From an uncultured Planctomycetaceae bacterium (GTDB lineage Bacteria; Planctomycetota; Planctomycetia; Pirellulales; Thermoguttaceae), in the NCBI GenBank assembly GCA_964354245.1, contig CAYGZI010000001.1, forward strand, positions 1-36,161: DNA of 36,161 bases. The letters run 5' to 3'. Within the stretch, counting starts at the first letter, position 1; each line of letters begins with the position of its first letter. Of the stretch, positions 1 through 5,896 are shown in pieces. The notes beneath the pieces were generated by a model that was not told where the DNA came from, searched no databases, and worked only from the letters and a program-made list of their open reading frames with translations. Position numbers and translations under genes: made by a program.

Positions 1-1417
1 CCTCTTGGCCGACGGGTCCGACGGCTCCAACGAGGTGACGCACCTCTTGCTGGAGATCGTCGACGAGATGCACCTCTTGCAGCCCAGCAGCAACTTGCAG
101 CTTTCCCGAAAGAGCCCCGACGCCCTGCTCAAGCACGCCCTGCGCGTCGTGCGCAAGGGCTACGGCTTCCCCTCGATCTTCAATACCGACGCCGTGGTCC
201 AGGAGCAGCTTCGCCAAGGCAAGTCGCTGGAGGACGCCCGGGCAGGCGGGTGCAGCGGCTGCGTCGAGACCGGGGCCTTCGGAAAAGAGGCCTACATCCT
301 CACCGGATACTTCAACCTGGTGAAGGTCCTGGAGTTGGTCTTGCACGACGGCGTCGATCCGCGCACGGGCCACCAGCTCGGCCTCCGCACCGGGAACGCC
401 GACAGCTTTGCCACGTTTGACGACCTGCTGGCCGCCTTCCGCAAGCAACTGCACCATTTCATCGGGATCAAGCTCCAGGGCAACCAGCTCATCGAGCAGA
501 TGTACGCCGCCACGATGCCCGCCCCGTTCCTCTCCGTCATCACCGACGACTGCATCCGCAAGGGCAAGGACTACAACGCCGGCGGGGCCCGCTACAACAA
601 CTCCTACATCCAGTTTGTCGGCATCGGCAGCCTGACCGATTGCCTCTCGGCCCTGAAGCAGCTCGTCTTCGAGGGAAAAGGGGACAGGTCCAATTCGCCG
701 GAACGGCCCGCGGCCGACGTTCAGTCGGTGCCCGGCTTCGCACAAATTGGACCTGTCCCCTTTTCCCTCTCGCTTGCGGACCTCGTGCGCGCGTTGGACG
801 CCGATTTCGCGGGCAGCGAGACCTTGCGCCACCGGCTGGTCAACCGGACCCGCAAGTACGGCAACGACGACGACTGGGCCGACGCCATCATGACGCGATG
901 CTTCAATGCCCTCTTCGAGGAACTCGACGGGCGGCCGAACTCGAAGGGCGGGCGGTACCGCGTCGAGATGCTGCCGACCACCTGCCACGTCTACTTCGGC
1001 TCGGTCACGGGGGCCATGCCCGACGGTCGCAAGGCCGGCCTGCCCCTCTCCGAAGGCATCTCGCCGGTGCAAGGCGCGGACCGCCGCGGGCCCACGGCCG
1101 TCATTAAATCGGCGGCCAAGATGGACCACCTCAAGACCGGCGGCACGCTGTTGAACATGAAGTTCACGCCCTCGCTCTTGGGCGACGAAAACGGCATCGA
1201 TAAGCTGGCCCATTTGGTCCGGAGCTACTTCAAGATGGACGGCCACCACGTGCAGTTCAACGTAGTCCGCGCCGAGACGCTCCGCGAGGCCCAGGGCAAT
1301 CCCGAGTCCCACCGCGACCTCATCGTCCGCGTGGCCGGCTACAGCGACTACTTCTGCGACCTCTCCGGCGAGCTCCAGGAAGAAATCATCGCCCGGACGG
1401 AACACGCGGAATTCTGA
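1..1417 (+). CDS. Glycyl radical enzyme, C-terminal ~470 aa (PFL2 / glycerol-dehydratase / choline-lyase-like clade); 5' end outside window
   Basis: ORF 5..1417 is open to the window edge. It has a GCVE-type catalytic Cys loop (GGCSGCVETGAFGKE) and the C-terminal glycyl-radical motif IVRVAGYSDYF. Stop is TGA 1415-1417. It carries a 99-bp in-frame palindromic insert at 671-769. Confidence 0.85.
   Translation, partial: LLADGSDGSNEVTHLLLEIVDEMHLLQPSSNLQLSRKSPDALLKHALRVVRKGYGFPSIFNTDAVVQEQLRQGKSLEDARAGGCSGCVETGAFGKEAYILTGYFNLVKVLELVLHDGVDPRTGHQLGLRTGNADSFATFDDLLAAFRKQLHHFIGIKLQGNQLIEQMYAATMPAPFLSVITDDCIRKGKDYNAGGARYNNSYIQFVGIGSLTDCLSALKQLVFEGKGDRSNSPERPAADVQSVPGFAQIGPVPFSLSLADLVRALDADFAGSETLRHRLVNRTRKYGNDDDWADAIMTRCFNALFEELDGRPNSKGGRYRVEMLPTTCHVYFGSVTGAMPDGRKAGLPLSEGISPVQGADRRGPTAVIKSAAKMDHLKTGGTLLNMKFTPSLLGDENGIDKLAHLVRSYFKMDGHHVQFNVVRAETLREAQGNPESHRDLIVRVAGYSDYFCDLSGELQEEIIARTEHAEF
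671..769. repeat. Family A nested palindromic element, copy 1 (in frame inside the GRE gene)
   Basis: Perfect 25-bp inverted arms 671-695 (gagggaaaaggggacaggtccaatt) and 745-769, with a 49-bp loop. Total is 99 bp = 33 codons. All three sense frames are free of stops (translated by hand). Confidence 0.85.
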
Positions 1418-1422
1418 GCAGG

Positions 1423-1457
1423 GAGACTCCCGAAGTCTTCAAGACTTCGGAAGTCTC
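1423..1457. repeat. Family B REP-like hairpin, copy 1 (gagactcccgaagtcttcaagacttcggaagtctc)
   Basis: The core ccgaagtctt-c-aagacttcgg (1430-1450) is a perfect palindrome, and the outer gagact/agtctc also pairs. It lies 6 nt after the GRE stop. Near-identical copies are at 13026-13058 and 21383-21415. Confidence 0.8.
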
Positions 1458-1646
1458 TGGAACTCATGTCCATGAACGGCCGGTAGCCCGGCCGTCGGGG
1501 GGCTTCGAGGCCGCTCCAAATGACGGGCTCACCGTTGTCCGTGCTATCGCGGATATGGTATGCTTTCAGGTTCGCGGCCCGCGTCCAAAGGGCTCACCCC
1601 TATCAGAAGCGGTTACGCCGCCCGATTCCCACTGGAAAGGCCGATC

Positions 1647-2486
1647 ATGGACACTCAAGAGCTCATCCAGCACCTTGCAGGATTCCCGGAAATCCCCGAC
1701 GAGGAGTGGATGCGCAGCTTAGAAGAGCGGAAGAAGAAGGAGATTCAGTTCTTCGACCAAGGCCGCGATCAGAAGTTCCTCGACTCCCTCGACCCCGAGA
1801 CCTACAAGGATTTCAGGGGCAATCGGGGGAAGCTCTACCAAACCGTCTCCAAATCGACCCGGTACGTGGACCGCTGGATCCAGCAGCACTCCCAGGGGAA
1901 AGTGTTCCTGGACTACGGCTGCGGGCCCGGCCATAACGCCATCAAAGCGGCACAAGCCGGCGCCAGGTTGGCCATAGGGCTGGATATCAGCATGGTCTCG
2001 GTCCAGATGGCCAGAGAGCGGGCCCAGGGCCTCGGACTCCGCAATGCCCTTTTCATCCAATCGGACGCCGAGAACACGAGACTGCCGGATCACAGTATCG
2101 ATACGATTCTCTGTGCGGGCATGTTGCACCACGTGGACGTCCGGAATGCCTTTCCAGAGCTTCAGCGGATACTGGCTCCGAAGGGCAGGATCCTGGCGGG
2201 TGAGGCGCTTGCTTATAACCCTCTGATTCAATGGTACCGCAACCGGACGCCGCAGCGGAGAACCGAGTGGGAGAGCGCGCATATTCTGAGCCTCAGAGAG
2301 GTAAGATTCGCGAAGCGATTCTTCGACATTGGGAAGATCCGGTTTTGGCATATCGCCAGTTGTGCCGGAGTCTATGTGCCGGCGCTCTTGCCGCTGCTGA
2401 ATTGCATTGACAGCGTCCTTACGAGGATTCCGTTGATCAGGCTGATGTCGTGGCAGTTCACTTTTGAGCTGCTCTCAAAAGAATAG
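1647..2486 (+). CDS. Class I SAM-dependent methyltransferase (Methyltransf_11/25-like)
   Basis: Motif I is FLDYGCGPGHNAIKAAQAGA..GLDIS and the post-I/II region is ILCAGMLHHV. I placed the start at ATG 1647 (MDTQELIQ) behind gaaagg, not at the ORF-track maximum of 1560. A GC sample of about 57% is lower than the neighbours. Confidence 0.8.
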   Translation: MDTQELIQHLAGFPEIPDEEWMRSLEERKKKEIQFFDQGRDQKFLDSLDPETYKDFRGNRGKLYQTVSKSTRYVDRWIQQHSQGKVFLDYGCGPGHNAIKAAQAGARLAIGLDISMVSVQMARERAQGLGLRNALFIQSDAENTRLPDHSIDTILCAGMLHHVDVRNAFPELQRILAPKGRILAGEALAYNPLIQWYRNRTPQRRTEWESAHILSLREVRFAKRFFDIGKIRFWHIASCAGVYVPALLPLLNCIDSVLTRIPLIRLMSWQFTFELLSKE

Positions 2487-2582
2487 CCGCGGCGCGACGG
2501 CGGCACTTGCGCCGCCGTGCCGGCGGCCGGACGTGGCCCACGCGAAGCGTGGGATGGCACTCTCCCCTGAAGCCCGAAGGGC

Positions 2583-2612
2583 TTGAACTTACCGTTGGCA
2601 TCGCGGTAGAAT
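2583..2612 (+). promoter_or_regulatory. Candidate sigma70-like promoter (TTGAAC-18 nt-TAGAAT) upstream of the DUF2442 gene
   Basis: ttgaac is at 2583-2588 and tagaat at 2607-2612, 28 nt before ATG 2640. Planctomycete promoter consensus is poorly known, so this is weak. Confidence 0.25.
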
Positions 2613-2639
2613 CGATTCGTTCGACCGGGAGCCAAGAAG

Positions 2640-2918
2640 ATGTTTCCCCGAGTCCGTGAAGTCCGCCACGTCAAGGACTACGAGTTGGAGAGCACCTTCT
2701 CCGACGGCACGGTGGCGAAGCTCGACTTCCGCCGACGGATTGTAGGCCGCGGCGGCGTTTTCACGCCGCTGGAAAGCGTGGACTTCTTCAAGCAAGTCAG
2801 CGTCGACGCGGAGGCCGGCACCGTCGTCTGGCCCAACGGCGTCGATGTCTGCCCCGATGTGCTTTACGCCGAGGCCACCGGGAAGTCGATCGACGAACTG
2901 AGGACGCAATCGCCGTGA
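2640..2918 (+). CDS. DUF2442 domain protein
   Basis: 92 aa. The pattern VRHVKDYELESTFSDGTVAKLDF ... VVWPNGVDVCPDVLY matches the DUF2442 family as I remember it. Its stop overlaps the next start (GTGA, 2915-2918). Confidence 0.65.
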   Translation: MFPRVREVRHVKDYELESTFSDGTVAKLDFRRRIVGRGGVFTPLESVDFFKQVSVDAEAGTVVWPNGVDVCPDVLYAEATGKSIDELRTQSP

Positions 2919-3826
2919 AATCCCCGTTCATTGCTTTTCTGACCGTCGCGATCCTCGTCGCCTGCCAACGCTCACTGGACTGTAGGGCCACGATCATCCG
3001 CCACGACCGGCCCGCGGCCAAATACCGCGAATTGGGCGAAGCCCCTGCTTTCCAGTGCGTGGGCAAAGCGGCGGTGGAGCCGAAGCCGGGTGACAAGACG
3101 AAGACCTTCTACGGGAGCGCCGTGCTCATTGCTCCCCGGTGGGTCCTCACCGCGGGACACGTCGCGGCCAAAGCACCCCCGGAAAAAATGCGCTACACGT
3201 TCGGCGGCGAGCAATACCGCGCGATCCGCTGCGTGCCCCGGCCGGCCCCCCAGTTCCCGGGCACTCTCCGCGAGGCCGCCCTGGCCGGCATTGCCGCCGG
3301 AGCGGACCTCGCGCTGGTGGAGCTCGATCGGCCGGTTCGGAATGTCCGGCCCGCCGAGCGCTACCGCGGCAAGGAGGAAGTCGGCCGGACCATGACCAAG
3401 GTTGGCCACGGGTGCATCGGCGACGGGTTGGCGGGCATGAAGTTGCCGCCAACGCAGGAGTGGGGTGGCGGGAACAACGTGATCGACGCCGCCGGCGCCA
3501 AGCTCGGAAAGCTCGTGGTCAGCGAGAATGTCCTCCTCTGCGACTTCGATCATCCCAGCGATCCCACCTTGAATCGGCTCGGGGCTCCGACGCCGCTGGA
3601 ATTGGAGGTCGGCATTTCAAAGGGCGACAGTGGCGGCGGATGGTTCATCGAGGAGGGCGGCTCCTGGAAGCTCGTGGCGATCACGTCCGGCAATCCTCCG
3701 CCCACGGGAGACCCTGGCGATCCCGGTTCGGAGAAATACGGGGCGGTCATGGCGGGGGTGCGCGTTTCCACGGCCAACCAATGGATCGACGGCGTGATCG
3801 GCGCCTCAGCCACGCCGACTCGGTAA
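2915..3826 (+). CDS. Trypsin-like (S1) serine protease, probable lipoprotein
   Basis: Lipobox LTVAILVAC. His motif WVLTAGHV, Asp in GADLALVEL, Ser motif KGDSGGGW. The GTG start overlaps the DUF2442 stop. Confidence 0.8.
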   Translation: MKSPFIAFLTVAILVACQRSLDCRATIIRHDRPAAKYRELGEAPAFQCVGKAAVEPKPGDKTKTFYGSAVLIAPRWVLTAGHVAAKAPPEKMRYTFGGEQYRAIRCVPRPAPQFPGTLREAALAGIAAGADLALVELDRPVRNVRPAERYRGKEEVGRTMTKVGHGCIGDGLAGMKLPPTQEWGGGNNVIDAAGAKLGKLVVSENVLLCDFDHPSDPTLNRLGAPTPLELEVGISKGDSGGGWFIEEGGSWKLVAITSGNPPPTGDPGDPGSEKYGAVMAGVRVSTANQWIDGVIGASATPTR

Positions 3827-3940
3827 TCCGCCAACGGCGGACGGGTCGCCCGGGTGCCATGGCGACGCTTGCGTCGCCGTGCTGGCGGCTCATCGTTCAG
3901 GTAGCGGACGCGGATGTCGGTCAAGCGGAGAAATGCCGCG

Positions 3941-5272
3941 CTAAATCCCGCCGATGATTTCCCATCGATCCGGCTGTCCGTGCACTGCTCGTACGAATGG
4001 TGAGAATGATCTGACGCCTTTCTTGCCTTCGGCTTCCCACTCTACCTTAACCGGCACCTGAAGCGATCTGGTTTCACTGTGCGCAGCGGGCTTACCGACT
4101 TCGACAATCCGCAAGAACTTGACGCGTCCGAAGCCTTCCTTCATCTTTTCCGCGGGCATCCCCGAACAGATCGTCCCGGCCTTCTTGTAGTCTTTCGCGA
4201 TGAGAGCCTCGAAGAACTCCCGAACTACCTTTGTCGCTATCTCGTTGTCGCTGAGACCGCCCTTCGCAAGGCCGATCTCTTGATGGAATTGGTCAATCTT
4301 GAATACGTCTTTGGGCAACTCCAGTTGGAAGACGCCCGGACTTATCTCCTTGTTGTAGTCGAGGTACTCGCGCTGGCTCATCTGCTTCCACTGGTCGCCA
4401 TGGCGGCGATATACGGTCACCCGTTCGACAAGCTTGCTCTTGGGGTCCACCTCGTACACCTCCCGGCGATCGGGGGCGGCTTTGGACGTTACTGTCAGCG
4501 TGACAGGCTCGCCTTTATTGCCAGGCTCCTCCGTTACTACTTGCGCTTTGCCGGCACGTTGCCCTGCCTGAAGCTCCTCAAATGCCAGTTTCGGGTCAAA
4601 AAGAGCCCGCATCTTCATCAACTCCTTGAGGGCATCCTTGTCTCTGACAATCGCGAACGAGTTCTTCTTCTTGAACCAAACCTCGGCCTTCTCTCCCGAC
4701 AGGATGACGACCTTCGGGCCGTCGTCGGGGCTTAATCCATCCATCCGCGCTTGCAGCGGGCTGCCGTCTGGCTTGAGTTGTACCCAGGCTTCGCCCAGCT
4801 CCTCCGCGGGAGTGATCTTGACGTGGTAGCTGGTGACGTGCTTGTTCGCTTGCACGGTTTGCTCCAGGGCATACGCGGGAGCCGAGAACGAAAACATGGA
4901 TACGTAGAGGATCACACTGGCGGCCAGAGCCATCACCGTTGCCGCCGCCGCAACGCTCAGTCGTTTATGCGCGAGAATCATGGTCCTAATCCTTTCAAAG
5001 AAACGGTTGTCGAATACGTCGTCACGGACTCTTGATTGGTGCTGTTGCTGCCCAAGCACCGTTTGCTCGACCGGCCCGAGGCTGCGCGCAAGCTCCTCGA
5101 AACCCGATCGGACCTCCTTCTCCTCTTCCACCAAAGCGTCCCGGGCCTCCCGGCACCTGTCGCACAGAGCGACGTGGTCTTGCAGTTCCCGCGCAGCAGG
5201 GGGATCCAATTCGCCCATGACGAAGGCTACGATGGCTTCGAACCGGTCTTTGCACTGCTTCGCATCGCTCAT
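3941..5272 (-). CDS. Anti-sigma factor (zf-HC2 N-terminus, one TM helix, large periplasmic domain)
   Basis: N-terminal HVALCDRCREARDAL (H-x3-C-x2-C), TM segment LSVAAAATVMALAASVILYV, and an ATGA overlap with the upstream ECF sigma gene. The ectodomain is unassigned; LolA-like or NTF2-like are only guesses. Confidence 0.75.
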   Translation of the reverse strand: MSDAKQCKDRFEAIVAFVMGELDPPAARELQDHVALCDRCREARDALVEEEKEVRSGFEELARSLGPVEQTVLGQQQHQSRVRDDVFDNRFFERIRTMILAHKRLSVAAAATVMALAASVILYVSMFSFSAPAYALEQTVQANKHVTSYHVKITPAEELGEAWVQLKPDGSPLQARMDGLSPDDGPKVVILSGEKAEVWFKKKNSFAIVRDKDALKELMKMRALFDPKLAFEELQAGQRAGKAQVVTEEPGNKGEPVTLTVTSKAAPDRREVYEVDPKSKLVERVTVYRRHGDQWKQMSQREYLDYNKEISPGVFQLELPKDVFKIDQFHQEIGLAKGGLSDNEIATKVVREFFEALIAKDYKKAGTICSGMPAEKMKEGFGRVKFLRIVEVGKPAAHSETRSLQVPVKVEWEAEGKKGVRSFSPFVRAVHGQPDRWEIIGGI

Positions 5273-5793
5273 GGCCGCTCCTCCTGCAGAAGATCGTGAA
5301 GCATGGCTCTGGCACGCACCAGGCGTTGCCTGACCGCCGGTTCCGTTGTGCCCAAGGAAGCCGCGACGCCCGAACAGTTGCGTCCGTCCAGGTAGTAGAG
5401 CACGATGGCTTCACGGTAGTTCTGAGGGAGTTTGTGGATGGCCTCGTGCAGTCGCTCGCAAACGGCGTTGCCGCCGGCAGCCGGAGTCGATGGTTCATCC
5501 AAGAGCGGTTCCACTGGTTTCCGCCTACGGTGGAAGTTGATGCACTCTCGACGCGCGACCTGCAACAGCCAGGCACGGGCCCGCGCAGGTTCCCGCAGGC
5601 TGGAAGTCTTTGCGATAGCCTTCAGGAAGACGGCTTGCACGACGTCTTCGGCGTCATGGTAGTTCCGGGTATTGGCGAGACAGACCGCAAACACAGCCTG
5701 GGCATGAAGGCGGAACAGAGCACCAGGCATCGCCGCACCGCGATCATCCGGCGCCTGTCCGGCCCAGGACCTGTTGGAACTCATCTCGTTCAT
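5269..5793 (-). CDS. ECF-type RNA polymerase sigma factor
   Basis: 174 aa. Region 2 is DAEDVVQAVFLKA...AWLLQVARRECINFHRRR. Region 4 is LPQNYREAIVLYYLDGRNCSGVAASLGTTEPAVRQRLVRAR. It is translationally coupled to the anti-sigma gene. Confidence 0.85.
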   Translation of the reverse strand: MNEMSSNRSWAGQAPDDRGAAMPGALFRLHAQAVFAVCLANTRNYHDAEDVVQAVFLKAIAKTSSLREPARARAWLLQVARRECINFHRRRKPVEPLLDEPSTPAAGGNAVCERLHEAIHKLPQNYREAIVLYYLDGRNCSGVAASLGTTEPAVRQRLVRARAMLHDLLQEERP

Positions 5794-5896
5794 CCAATAA
5801 CAAGACGCGGCTGGCGCTCAGAATGTGACATCCCGCACTCGAGCGGCCTGCCGTCCGCAGCGGTGTTGCCGCCGTAACATATTGCGCCGCAGACGA

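Noticed and set aside
2494-2520. Intrinsic terminator after the methyltransferase gene (stem acggcggc / gccgccgt)
   Set aside because: The 8-bp GC stem is real, but no T tract follows. It is not distinguishable from the many GC hairpins in this genome.
5794-5896. Autoregulated ECF promoter (GGAAC-N16-CGTC type) upstream of the sigma gene
   Set aside because: A cgtctt lies 11 nt before the ATG, but no convincing AAC-containing -35 element sits at the right spacing.
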